A stretch of 64,000 bases of DNA from a bacterium (GTDB lineage: Bacteria > Electryoneota > JAOADG01). The DNA is taken from positions 92 to 64,091 of the forward strand of contig JAOTSC010000001.1 of assembly GCA_030247525.1 (NCBI GenBank). Direction: 5' to 3'. A program made the translations under genes and the position numbers. This document shows positions 38,541 to 47,376 of the stretch, piece by piece. Position 1 is the first letter of the stretch; every line of letters begins with the position of its first letter. The notes under the pieces are model-generated. The model was not told the origin of the DNA. It saw only the letters and a list, made by a program, of their open reading frames with translations, and made no database searches.

Positions 38541-40547
38541 TTATATTGAAAGAGTCTTCGGCATTACGCGCTTCAGATATAGATCGAAGGCAGCGCGCGA
38601 CATATACAATGCGGTGAACATTGAGACTGCAATACCGATCATCAACGTTAATGCGAATCCGCGAATCGGGCCAGTACCAAACTGGTACAAAGCAAACCCT
38701 GAGAAGACTGTCGTTAAGTTAGAGTCGAAAATGGTGATAAACGCACGCTCAAAGCCTGCCTTCACCGCATGTGCCGGAGTTTTGCCGGATAGTAACTCTT
38801 CCCGGATGCGTTCAAAGATCAGTACATTCGCGTCGACCGCCATACCCATCGTCAAGATGATACCGGCAATACCGGGCACCGTTAAAGTAGATTGGAACAT
38901 TGCCAGAATCGCCATCATGATAAAGATGTTGGTTATCAATGCGACATCGGCTATGACACCCGACAAACGGTAGTAAAATGCCACAAAAACGGCTATAACA
39001 AGTAAGCTGATGATAAAGCTCTTTTTACCGGATTCTACTGAATCACGTCCTAACGACGGACCAACGGTACGCTCTTCCATAACTTTCACCGGGGCGGGCA
39101 ATGAACCAGCACGCAACACGATCGCAAGGTCATTCGCTTCTTCGACGCTGCCACTACCTTCGATAACGCCACGACCATCGGGAATCCGCGAACGAATTGA
39201 CGGTGCCATGTGGACAACTTCATCAAGTACAATCGCCATCCGCTTGCCAACGTTGGCACCAGTCACCCGGGCGAAAATCCGGCGACCTTCGGGATTCAAT
39301 TCGAAATTAACATCTGGGGAACCGGATTGCTGACCACCCAATTGGACGCGGGCATCGGTCAAACCGGAACCAGTCATTTCCGCTTTCCGCTTCACCATGT
39401 ACAGCGGCAGATACCTCGTGTTACCGGCAAATTCGAAGTCTTTGCCCCACAGGAATTGAACATCCTGCGGAATCACGGCAACCACTTTTTCTGAACCGAG
39501 GAACTGTTTGACTTTATTGATGTCTTTCGATTCGACGGCGATAGTGCCACGAACTTGCTTCAATAGCGAGAGGAGTTTTCGTTCGCCGCCATTCTTGGCG
39601 GTATCAGCTAACGATGCAGCAGACTTACCAAACAGTGTGTCAGTTGAAGACTTGTTCGCTGTATCGGTAACAGCTGTTAAAGCGGCAAGTTTCGAGGTAT
39701 CGGTTGAACTTGCTGATTGAGTAGTATCGCCTGCTAACGCTTTATCGATGTCTTGCAAAATGCGGTCGGCGCGTTCGCCTTCTTCCAACATTTTGAATTC
39801 CAGCAATGCCGTTTTACCAATCAAGCCACGAGCGCGTTGCGGGTCCTGGACACCAGGTAATTCAAGGATGAGCCGGTGATCGCCCTGCCGCGTGATGCTT
39901 GGTTCCGTGACACCGAACTGGTCAATACGATTTCGCAGAATTTCCAGTGAACGGTCGACCGCGTCGCTATTCATTTTTTTGAGCTTGGTGATGGCGTCAT
40001 CGTTGGACACAGCGTCGGGGAAGTAACGGGTTAGGGGAACTCCGCGGGCGGCGAACGTCTTGCTCATGACGTCAACGACATCCGCTTCGGGATCCTTGGC
40101 AACCTGTTGCGACACTTCTTTCATTGCTGATGCAAACTGATCGTCCTTCGCTTTTGCGACGTTCTCGATCAATGTGAACGCATCCACTTCCATCACCAAA
40201 TACATGCCGCCCTGCAAGTCAAGACCGCGTTTGATCGACTTACCGCGATAACTATCGATGGATTCCCGGAACGGGCCACGAAGTTCATCGATCAGTTTCG
40301 CTGCTTCAGCAGCGTCCTGTGGATTCGCGGAACTGCGCGACACCATACTTTTCAGGTCGACTTCGTCGCGATAGATATTAGCGACAATTTCGCCGCGGGA
40401 AAGCCGCGAGTACTTCGCTAATTCTGCGAACTTCTGTGTTTCCTGATCGGAAAGCGTATTAAAACGGTAAGATGGGTATAAATAGTAGAAAGATCCCGCG
40501 ATGATACACAGGATAATAATCCACCGCCCTAGCAAATTGCCTTTCAT
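38541..40547 (-). CDS. secD: protein translocase subunit SecD (long-periplasmic-domain form)
   Basis: 668 aa. N-terminal TM, large periplasmic domain, and a C-terminal 5-TM block homologous to SecF (LDLQGG, GIAGIILTMGMAVDANVLIFERIRE). Confidence 0.85.
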   Translation of the reverse strand: MKGNLLGRWIIILCIIAGSFYYLYPSYRFNTLSDQETQKFAELAKYSRLSRGEIVANIYRDEVDLKSMVSRSSANPQDAAEAAKLIDELRGPFRESIDSYRGKSIKRGLDLQGGMYLVMEVDAFTLIENVAKAKDDQFASAMKEVSQQVAKDPEADVVDVMSKTFAARGVPLTRYFPDAVSNDDAITKLKKMNSDAVDRSLEILRNRIDQFGVTEPSITRQGDHRLILELPGVQDPQRARGLIGKTALLEFKMLEEGERADRILQDIDKALAGDTTQSASSTDTSKLAALTAVTDTANKSSTDTLFGKSAASLADTAKNGGERKLLSLLKQVRGTIAVESKDINKVKQFLGSEKVVAVIPQDVQFLWGKDFEFAGNTRYLPLYMVKRKAEMTGSGLTDARVQLGGQQSGSPDVNFELNPEGRRIFARVTGANVGKRMAIVLDEVVHMAPSIRSRIPDGRGVIEGSGSVEEANDLAIVLRAGSLPAPVKVMEERTVGPSLGRDSVESGKKSFIISLLVIAVFVAFYYRLSGVIADVALITNIFIMMAILAMFQSTLTVPGIAGIILTMGMAVDANVLIFERIREELLSGKTPAHAVKAGFERAFITIFDSNLTTVFSGFALYQFGTGPIRGFALTLMIGIAVSMFTALYMSRAAFDLYLKRVMPKTLSI

Positions 40548-40739
40548 TCCGTCGCCTCAAGCCAAGTCAATTCGTACAACCAATTCACTTTGTTTGGAAA
40601 ATGATTCGTCAAACCCAGATAAGATACACGAGTCGATTTGCAAGCGCAAATTCAGACCAGTCTCATTAGACATGATCCCACATCGTTTGAAGGAGTTGGA
40701 GTATAGGACAGTTTCGCGAAGATTCCAAAGCACCGAGGT

Positions 40740-40988
40740 TTGGAGAAGGGAGGATCACGTTCTATATTTTTTGGCTTTGTTGGTTGTCAAAAAAGAGAGG
40801 ATAGAACTTTGCCACGTTCAAAATCGAAACAAAAACACCGCCGTGCAATTTTGAAGAAAGCCCGTAAAGGCTATGCAGCACGCCAAAAACAACGGGTTAT
40901 CGATATCAAGGCGCAGTCGGTAAGCGCGATTTCTGAAACCGCTCAAGCGAAGCGGGCTACTGTTACCCGGAAATCCGCTCAAGCCTGA
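40740..40988 (+). CDS. small highly basic (Lys/Arg-rich) protein, probably nucleic-acid binding; true start may be the TTG at 40809
   Basis: PRSKSKQKHRRAILKKARKGYAARQKQRVIDIKAQ... An AGAGAGGA site lies 8 nt upstream of the TTG at 40809. The stop overlaps the next ATG (TGATGA). Confidence 0.4.
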   Translation: MEKGGSRSIFFGFVGCQKREDRTLPRSKSKQKHRRAILKKARKGYAARQKQRVIDIKAQSVSAISETAQAKRATVTRKSAQA

Positions 40989-41464
40989 TGAAAACCGAGA
41001 GTCAACTGTCATTGAACCTCCTTGAGGCGATGACTCTGTTGACGCGTCGAACCAGTGGTATCCTTTCCCCACTTGCTTATGGCTGGAAAGCTTCCTATAG
41101 CGGAGTAACAGGCGATTTCATCGCAGAGGTTCATGCCGAGTTCCGAAATTCGCTGTTTACGGTTGGGATCGAATTGCTTTCCGGTACGAACACGATTGTT
41201 TCCCGGGTGAAACTTGGTAACATTCATGAACTTTACGTCGCGTTCGAAGGACGCGACGTTTTTGCGTTTGTTTCGGTGGACGAGGATCGCTATACATTGC
41301 TTGCAGTCAATCATGACGGGCCATTACAACTGGTGACCGATATTGATCGCCGCGGCAAGGAGAGCGAATCAGACGGTGAGAAATCGGCTGGCTCTGAACA
41401 GCGACGTACATTTTTCTGCATTCGCGAAACAGCCGGAGGTCAAGATGCCTCTGAAACAGCTTGA
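40988..41464 (+). CDS. hypothetical protein (158 aa), translationally coupled to both flanking genes
   Basis: No recognisable motif. Acidic/Ser-rich C-terminus. The start overlaps the upstream stop, and the 3' end overlaps the YhaM-like start. Confidence 0.45.
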   Translation: MKTESQLSLNLLEAMTLLTRRTSGILSPLAYGWKASYSGVTGDFIAEVHAEFRNSLFTVGIELLSGTNTIVSRVKLGNIHELYVAFEGRDVFAFVSVDEDRYTLLAVNHDGPLQLVTDIDRRGKESESDGEKSAGSEQRRTFFCIRETAGGQDASETA

Positions 41465-42449
41465 ACCGGGTGACCAGTTTTCCGGCAGTTTTCTACTGCG
41501 AACACTGACTCCCCGCGAAGCCCGCAATGGCGCAACCTTCTGGGACCTCGAGTTGTACGATAAGAGCGGTCGACTGCAGTGCCGCTGGTTCCAACCGCCT
41601 ACGCTACTCCCCACCCCAATCCCGCTGCCAGTCCATGCCGAAGGATTCGTGGAAGAATTCAACGGAAAAAAAGTTGGGAAAATTTCTGTATTAGTTCCCC
41701 TTCCCGAAGAGAAGATCATCTGGGAAGATTTACTCCCATCCTCCAAACGACCGTTCCCTGAACTAATCAACGACTTGAAAACACGGGTCGCTGCGATTCA
41801 GGACGAATGGTACAAAAAACTTTGGGAGTTGCTACTCGCCGATGAATCGTGGTTTTCCAAGTATTGCGAAGCGCCTGCCGGGAAATTGTGGCATCACATG
41901 TATCGCGGCGGACTCTTGGAGCACTCGCTTTGTATTGCTGATCATTGTGACTTGGCGGCACAACATCACGAGCTTTGTGACCGCGATTTACTCCTCTCGG
42001 GAGCATTGCTCCACGATGTCGGTAAAGTGTGGGAGTTATCTCCCTTGCCATCGGGGGATTACACTGAATCGGGGCGGTTACTCGGTCACATTTTCATGGG
42101 AACTAACTTTGTAAGCCGGAAAATGGAAACCATCGAGGGGTTCCCGACCCGCCATAAAGTAAGATTACTGCATTTACTCCTATCGCATCAGGGAACCCGG
42201 GAGAAAGGTTCCCCCATCATTCCTGCAACCCTCGAAGCGATTATTCTTCATCACTCTGATGAGCTTGATGCCCATGCCGAAGCGTATGAGCACATCATCG
42301 AAGCTCAGACCGGCAGTGAGCGCATTTTTACCGATTACGTTCCGCTTGCTGGCGCTCACCTCTACCTCGGCGATCGCACCCGACCCGATTCACCAACTTC
42401 AGAAGAAAAAGTTGAGCGGGACAATCTCGATGCCGAATACGCAGTATGA
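41445..42449 (+). CDS. YhaM-like OB-fold + HD-domain phosphohydrolase/3'-5' exonuclease
   Basis: N-terminal OB-fold (FSGSFLLRTLTPREARNGATFWDLELYDKSGRLQCRWF) followed by HD-domain motifs HHMYRGGLLEHS and LLHDVGK...HH. GGAGGT site upstream of the ATG at 41445. Confidence 0.75.
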   Translation: MPLKQLEPGDQFSGSFLLRTLTPREARNGATFWDLELYDKSGRLQCRWFQPPTLLPTPIPLPVHAEGFVEEFNGKKVGKISVLVPLPEEKIIWEDLLPSSKRPFPELINDLKTRVAAIQDEWYKKLWELLLADESWFSKYCEAPAGKLWHHMYRGGLLEHSLCIADHCDLAAQHHELCDRDLLLSGALLHDVGKVWELSPLPSGDYTESGRLLGHIFMGTNFVSRKMETIEGFPTRHKVRLLHLLLSHQGTREKGSPIIPATLEAIILHHSDELDAHAEAYEHIIEAQTGSERIFTDYVPLAGAHLYLGDRTRPDSPTSEEKVERDNLDAEYAV

Positions 42450-42985
42450 AGCTCCGGATCCTTTGTTTGGTCTGGTTGCTCTTAGCAGCCGGTGTTTTTG
42501 CTCAAGTCGTCAAGGTGAAGCGTGTTGTCGATGGCGATACTTTCATCGCTGAGGAGACCAAGACCGAATACCCGGTGAGATTGTTGTTTGTGGATACTCC
42601 TGAGTCAGTACATCCCGATATCAAACAAAATCACCCAATGGGTAAAGTTGCCTCGAACTGGACAAAGAAGCGGATTGAAAATACGTATGTGACTTTGCAA
42701 ACGCCGGTTGACAGCGATGAGGAAGATCGCTTTCACCGCAAACTCGCAATTGTTTTTCACGGGGAATCCTGCATCAATCTTGAACTCATCCAACACGGAC
42801 TCTCACCCTACTACACCAAATTTGGAAAAGCACCAGAACCTTGGCATTCTAAGTTTGCTAATGCCGAGAAACAGGCACGGGATACAAAACAGGGGATTTG
42901 GAGCGATCCGGAATTAACAAAAAAGTATCTCCGGATGAAATCGAAATGGGGAACAAAGAATCCTAAGAAAAAGAAAGATCGCTGA
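42446..42985 (+). CDS. secreted thermonuclease (staphylococcal-nuclease / SNase-like)
   Basis: Signal peptide. VKVKRVVDGDTFIAEE...VRLLFVDTPES is the SNase catalytic core. Lys-rich C-terminal tail. ATGA overlap with the YhaM-like stop. Confidence 0.8.
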   Translation: MKLRILCLVWLLLAAGVFAQVVKVKRVVDGDTFIAEETKTEYPVRLLFVDTPESVHPDIKQNHPMGKVASNWTKKRIENTYVTLQTPVDSDEEDRFHRKLAIVFHGESCINLELIQHGLSPYYTKFGKAPEPWHSKFANAEKQARDTKQGIWSDPELTKKYLRMKSKWGTKNPKKKKDR

Positions 42986-42997
42986 TCTGCATGTCCA

Positions 42998-43330
42998 TTA
43001 AAATACCCGAGCACCCAACGCTACATCCTGCTCCGGCATGAGCAACACTACATCTCCGTTGACATCCGGTACTCCTAATACTAACACCTCGGAAAGAAAT
43101 CCTGCGATTCGTTTTGGGTTAAAATTCGTTACGGCGATTATCCTTCGTCCGATGAGCGATTGCTCGGAGTAATGAACGGTTATCTGAGCACTGGATTGCT
43201 TCAATCCAAATTCGCCAAAATCGATTGTTACTTTGTATGCAGGTTTTCGAGCCGCGGGAAAAGGATCGACTTGAACGATTTCCCCAACGCGCATTTCTAC
43301 TTGATCGAAGACCGAAAAGGGGATAGTCAT
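42998..43330 (-). CDS. csaA: tRNA-binding domain protein CsaA (Myf/EMAP-like OB fold)
   Basis: FDQVEMRVGEIVQV ... IIAVTNFNPKRIAGFLSEVLVLG match the CsaA/tRNA-binding-arm family. Start taken at MTIPFS. Confidence 0.75.
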   Translation of the reverse strand: MTIPFSVFDQVEMRVGEIVQVDPFPAARKPAYKVTIDFGEFGLKQSSAQITVHYSEQSLIGRRIIAVTNFNPKRIAGFLSEVLVLGVPDVNGDVVLLMPEQDVALGARVF

Positions 43331-43359
43331 GATATTATCCTGTTGTATGTCACAAGAAC

Positions 43360-44517
43360 TTAGTAGTTTACTGCTCCTTCGGCAATCCATCGTGCGATGT
43401 CGGCGCGATCAATCGGTGACAGCATTGGAGCTCCGAGCGGCATAGCATCCCCATACAAACCAGTGTTGTTGATCTTATGCCAGAGCACCGATGAAGAAGT
43501 ATCGAACGGAACTACCCGATAACTCCCTTGGTAACCTTCCGTTAAGACTGATACAGTATTTAAAAACGTATTACCCTCTGAAAGATCCATGCCACCTGTG
43601 GGAAAACCTGTCATGTGGCATGTTACACAGTTTTGGGTGAAAATCCCCTGTACCCTTGTTGAAAGTTTAGTACCTCTGACTGCGGAAACTCGATAGTATC
43701 GACTGACTTCTGAAGCGAAATTGACATTGGCGGTAAATGATGTTTCAAGAGTAGGGATTGTGATAAACGGTATCGCATCGTAGGGATTATCATAGCGTTT
43801 CACGAAGTACAAGTTGGCACCGGTAGATGGATTCCAACTCATTTGCACTATGTTGTTTTGAGGAACCAGCGATAGTGAAATCACTTCAGTGGGAGTAGTT
43901 GCTTCCGGAATGAAGTACTGTCGGGTGTAGATGTAATCATTGCGGTTCGATTCGTCGCCATTTGCAGCATTCATTGCCAAGTAAAATCCGACCGTATCCG
44001 ACCCTGCAGTCGGTGCTGTCCACGAGAAGTTCCAGTAGACCGGTCCATTAAATGAATTCTGAAATGTACCTGTCGTAGTATGTTTTAGATAATCGGGATC
44101 GTTTCCTACTCCCACGGAAAGTTGGGTGAATACCGGTGCTGTTACATTGAGGGATCCGGCTTGCTGGTAATTGGTTTCTTTAAGTGATGTTAGTTCAAAC
44201 CCCCAACGGCTTTGTCCGGTTTGCTGTAACTGCATTTGCACTGTGTAAGTCTCACCCGGATAGTAAAAATCCGGGAGTCCGATAACCGAAATCGAAGCAG
44301 TACCCGAGTTAAGCGGATTTGAATCATGACACTCAGTGCAATTGTTCATGAGCGGTGGATTTCCAGCGTAGCCATCAAGCGGTCCACTAGAATATCCCAT
44401 CGCTTGTCCTGTAATTCCTGCTATTAGTAATGTTGGTAGTAGCAATTTCAACACATTTCCCCCCAAGGATAAAAACTTGCAACGCGAACTCGATTTGATA
44501 TATTGATGGTGAAACAA
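43360..44517 (-). CDS. secreted di-heme c-type cytochrome with beta-rich (Ig/FN3-like) domains; the real start is probably a GTG/TTG just before the signal peptide (~44460)
   Basis: Two CxxCH motifs (NCTECHDS, NCVTCHMTG). Signal peptide LKLLLPTLLIAGITGQAMG preceded by a G-rich site. The listed ATG start would add a 25-aa non-signal leader. Confidence 0.65.
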   Translation of the reverse strand: MFHHQYIKSSSRCKFLSLGGNVLKLLLPTLLIAGITGQAMGYSSGPLDGYAGNPPLMNNCTECHDSNPLNSGTASISVIGLPDFYYPGETYTVQMQLQQTGQSRWGFELTSLKETNYQQAGSLNVTAPVFTQLSVGVGNDPDYLKHTTTGTFQNSFNGPVYWNFSWTAPTAGSDTVGFYLAMNAANGDESNRNDYIYTRQYFIPEATTPTEVISLSLVPQNNIVQMSWNPSTGANLYFVKRYDNPYDAIPFITIPTLETSFTANVNFASEVSRYYRVSAVRGTKLSTRVQGIFTQNCVTCHMTGFPTGGMDLSEGNTFLNTVSVLTEGYQGSYRVVPFDTSSSVLWHKINNTGLYGDAMPLGAPMLSPIDRADIARWIAEGAVNY

Positions 44518-44607
44518 TCGTAGTATCTTAGGGACGTGATACGTAATTATCTTGTGTGTATTAGTTATTTTTGAACGATTCTCGTTTTTCTTGGCAAGGG
44601 GTCACTC

Positions 44608-44871
44608 ATGATCACTCAATCACAAATGGAAGCTTGGTTGATCAAAAACGGATTTCAGCAGAATGATAAAGGGGATTTTGTCCTGAAGAACACGAAGTAT
44701 CGCCTTTTTTCAGATCGTTATGTCAAGCAACAACGCGATGCTGCGAAGAAATGGTATATCCTTGATGTGACTACTTATGTAGATCTGTTTCTCGAGGAGA
44801 CCGACGAGTTGCATAAAAAGTGGCATTACGTCTTAGGTAAAAAGTTGTCGGATGTACCGCAACAGTTTTAA
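44608..44871 (+). CDS. hypothetical small protein (87 aa)
   Basis: ORF with an AAGGGG site. No recognisable motif. Confidence 0.4.
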   Translation: MITQSQMEAWLIKNGFQQNDKGDFVLKNTKYRLFSDRYVKQQRDAAKKWYILDVTTYVDLFLEETDELHKKWHYVLGKKLSDVPQQF

Positions 44872-44929
44872 TCGTATCATCTGTAACGGGGCTTGATTCC
44901 ATCGAAAACGTAAGCATTGCCTTGTTTTC

Positions 44930-44958
44930 TTGACAAAGTCAAGGTTGAGTTCTATATT
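44930..44958 (+). promoter_or_regulatory. strong sigma-70-like promoter candidate
   Basis: TTGACA (44930-44935), 17-nt spacer, TATATT (44953-44958). About 25-55 nt upstream of the small ORF at 44982/45012. Confidence 0.45.
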
Positions 44959-44981
44959 GATTTCGAGTCATCCTGGTTTTT

Positions 44982-45251
44982 TTGCACTTCTGTCTTTGGA
45001 TTGCGGTTGTTATGAATACCCCGGAGTTTACTCCGCTCGATGCTTCTGATGCGGCGGGAACAGCGGAAATACCTGTTATCCTGATCTCAGGGTATTCTGA
45101 GGCAGAAGTCAGCCGGTTCGTAGATATTGTTAGAAATAGTAACCTTCGGGTTCCAGCCATGGCAATGGTTCCTGATGGTGTACTTGATTGGAAAGTCGGC
45201 GAATACCTCTCAACGATTCGCACTGAACATGCCACTTTCCAAACCTCGTGA
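44982..45251 (+). CDS. hypothetical small protein (likely start MNTPEF at 45012)
   Basis: Preceded by a consensus-like promoter. AEIPVILISGYSEAEV segment. Function unknown. Confidence 0.3.
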   Translation: MHFCLWIAVVMNTPEFTPLDASDAAGTAEIPVILISGYSEAEVSRFVDIVRNSNLRVPAMAMVPDGVLDWKVGEYLSTIRTEHATFQTS

Positions 45252-45302
45252 TATCTGTAATCTTACTTCAGCGTAGTTTATCATTAACGCGGAGAATCTG
45301 TT

Positions 45303-45641
45303 ATGATTGAATCGTTAAAATTTGGAAAGTTGACAATCGACGGAAAAGTCTATGAGAACGATGTCGCTATCTTTCCCAGTGGTGAAATTAAACCATGGTG
45401 GCGGAAAGAAGGTTCCCGTTGTACAATGGATGATCTGGAGGAAGTACTGAAGTCGGGTGCGAAACGAATAATCATCGGAAACGGATTGTATCGTATGATG
45501 GGCATCGTACCAACAGTTCGAGCTGCGATTGAATCAAAAGGCTTGAAACTGGATATCTACCAATCTGAACAAGCGGTTACCGAATTCAATAAATCGCAAA
45601 AAGACGGCAACGTGGCACTCTGTCTGCATATTCGCGAATGA
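45303..45641 (+). CDS. Mth938-like domain protein (DUF498 family)
   Basis: The fold signature (KLTIDGKVYENDVAIFPSGEI...KRIIIGNG) resembles Mth938/AAMDC-family proteins. Confidence 0.6.
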   Translation: MIESLKFGKLTIDGKVYENDVAIFPSGEIKPWWRKEGSRCTMDDLEEVLKSGAKRIIIGNGLYRMMGIVPTVRAAIESKGLKLDIYQSEQAVTEFNKSQKDGNVALCLHIRE

Positions 45642-45664
45642 TCAGTTTTCTTTACTGAAGTGAA

Positions 45665-45694
45665 ACGAGCGTAGGACTCTACGCTCGTTTTTTG
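45665..45694. terminator. bidirectional intrinsic terminator overlapping the EVE-gene stop
   Basis: ACGAGCGTAGGACTCTACGCTCGT hairpin followed by TTTTTT. Confidence 0.55.
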
Positions 45695-46197
45695 TTAGTA
45701 CCTTTTTTGGTCGCTTGAGAAGTATCGGTATCTCCCAACTTGACGACCCACTCATACTCCCGCTTTGTCAACGGTTGCACCGACAACCGCGACGCCCGAA
45801 ACAACACCATGTTTTGTAAAGCCTTTACTTGCCTCAGTTCTGGTAACCCAACGGCACGAGAAAACTTCCGAATCGCTTTCACGTCGACCTGATACCAAAT
45901 CGGTTTCTCCTTAGTTGCCTTCGGGTCATACGCTTCTTGCTTTTTATCGAATTGGGTGGGATCGGGATACGCCTCTGATGCTACTTCCCCAATGCCTATC
46001 GCATGAGGAGGCATCGCATTGGAGTGATAAAGGATAATTGGATCGCCTACGCTCATCTCGTCCCGCATTGAATTGCGTGCCTGATAGTTGTGTACGCCAT
46101 CCCATCCGGTCGTTTGATTTGGCAGATTTGCAATATCGTCAAAGGAGCAAACATCGGGCTCGGTTTTCATTAACCAGTATCTCTTCCGCTTTGCCAT
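45679..46197 (-). CDS. EVE-domain (PUA-like) protein
   Basis: RYWLMKTEPDVCSFDD and the downstream aromatic-pocket residues are typical of EVE/THYN1-like proteins. Start at MAKRKRYW. Confidence 0.7.
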   Translation of the reverse strand: MAKRKRYWLMKTEPDVCSFDDIANLPNQTTGWDGVHNYQARNSMRDEMSVGDPIILYHSNAMPPHAIGIGEVASEAYPDPTQFDKKQEAYDPKATKEKPIWYQVDVKAIRKFSRAVGLPELRQVKALQNMVLFRASRLSVQPLTKREYEWVVKLGDTDTSQATKKGTNKKRA

Positions 46198-46263
46198 TTT
46201 TCCCCGCTTGGTTGTCGAATGCTTCGTCGTGTATTTTAATGGATTCAAAGGTAATACGCGAAT

Positions 46264-47241
46264 ATGGTACTACTCACCGGGGCAACCGGATTTCTTGGAA
46301 CACGTCTTTTACTCCGCCTCCTTGAATGGAAGGGGCAGGTGCGCGTGATTGTACGCGATCCGAAAGCATTGAGGGCAAAATTACCGGAAGAGTATCGCTC
46401 TCCTGGTGTCGTCGATATCTTCACAGGTGATTTAACCAAACCAAACATTGACTTTGAAAAAATTTATGAAGGCATCGACACCATCATCCACAATGCTGCG
46501 ATTGTGAAGGTGAGCAGCGAGCGGTTCAAACCAATGTATGCGGTAAATGTCCGTGCTACGGAACGCATGTTGGGTGCCGCACCGAATGACTGCTACTTCC
46601 TGCAAATCGGTTCGGTGGTCGCCTACGGTCCAACCGGTCTTACTCCCGTCGATGAAAATTCACCCTTTCCGGCAAAAGCGATTTCACCCTATGAAGCGAC
46701 CAAACGAGAGGCCGTGATTCTTGCCAGAAAACGGCTCGACAACGGTTTACCCTGTGGCATTCTTAATCCCGGGATTATCTATGGACCCGGCGCTAAAGGT
46801 TCATTGACGCGGTTCGCTCATTGGGTAGCGCACGGAAAGCTCCCAATCTTTGCAGGACGCAACTCGCTGGGAAGTTTCGTTCATATCGACGATGTTGTCG
46901 ACACGGCGATTGAAATGTTGAAGCGGCGGGAACGTGACGAGTTTATCGCCGGAGGTGAGTCGCTACCGATGGGAGAGTTTCTCGATCTCGTCGCTACCGC
47001 GACCGGAGGAAAATCTCCACAATTCGACGTTTCTCCGACATTGCTGGCAGCTCTCACGACAATTCCTTCTCTTTTATTTAATCTATTTAGAAGCGAATTA
47101 CCGTTTACACCAACTTTGTTCCGTACAGTAAACCACCATTGGGCATACTCCAGTGCGAAGGCGGAACGTTTGTTGGGTGTTCGATATCGCAATGCGAAAA
47201 CCGGTATCGACGATTGGGTTAAAGCTGGTTCTTTCCAGTAA
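46264..47241 (+). CDS. NAD(P)-dependent epimerase/dehydratase family (extended SDR) protein
   Basis: LLTGATGFLGTRLL Rossmann motif plus a YEATK-type catalytic YxxxK. Confidence 0.75.
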   Translation: MVLLTGATGFLGTRLLLRLLEWKGQVRVIVRDPKALRAKLPEEYRSPGVVDIFTGDLTKPNIDFEKIYEGIDTIIHNAAIVKVSSERFKPMYAVNVRATERMLGAAPNDCYFLQIGSVVAYGPTGLTPVDENSPFPAKAISPYEATKREAVILARKRLDNGLPCGILNPGIIYGPGAKGSLTRFAHWVAHGKLPIFAGRNSLGSFVHIDDVVDTAIEMLKRRERDEFIAGGESLPMGEFLDLVATATGGKSPQFDVSPTLLAALTTIPSLLFNLFRSELPFTPTLFRTVNHHWAYSSAKAERLLGVRYRNAKTGIDDWVKAGSFQ

Positions 47242-47376
47242 CCGTCAAATCACAGAGTCTGGTAGAATTGCACACCCTACGCTTTTCTTCGCATATTATG
47301 CCCGTTTCCATCTTTTGATCCGCATTACCCGCAAACCCATCGGTGTTGCATCCCAACCCCGGTGCGGGAGGAAGCT

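Noticed and set aside
40548-40739. Looked for yajC upstream of secD-secF
   Set aside because: There is no small TM protein ORF on the minus strand upstream of secD. The adjacent small basic protein is on the opposite strand and is hydrophilic, so it is not YajC.
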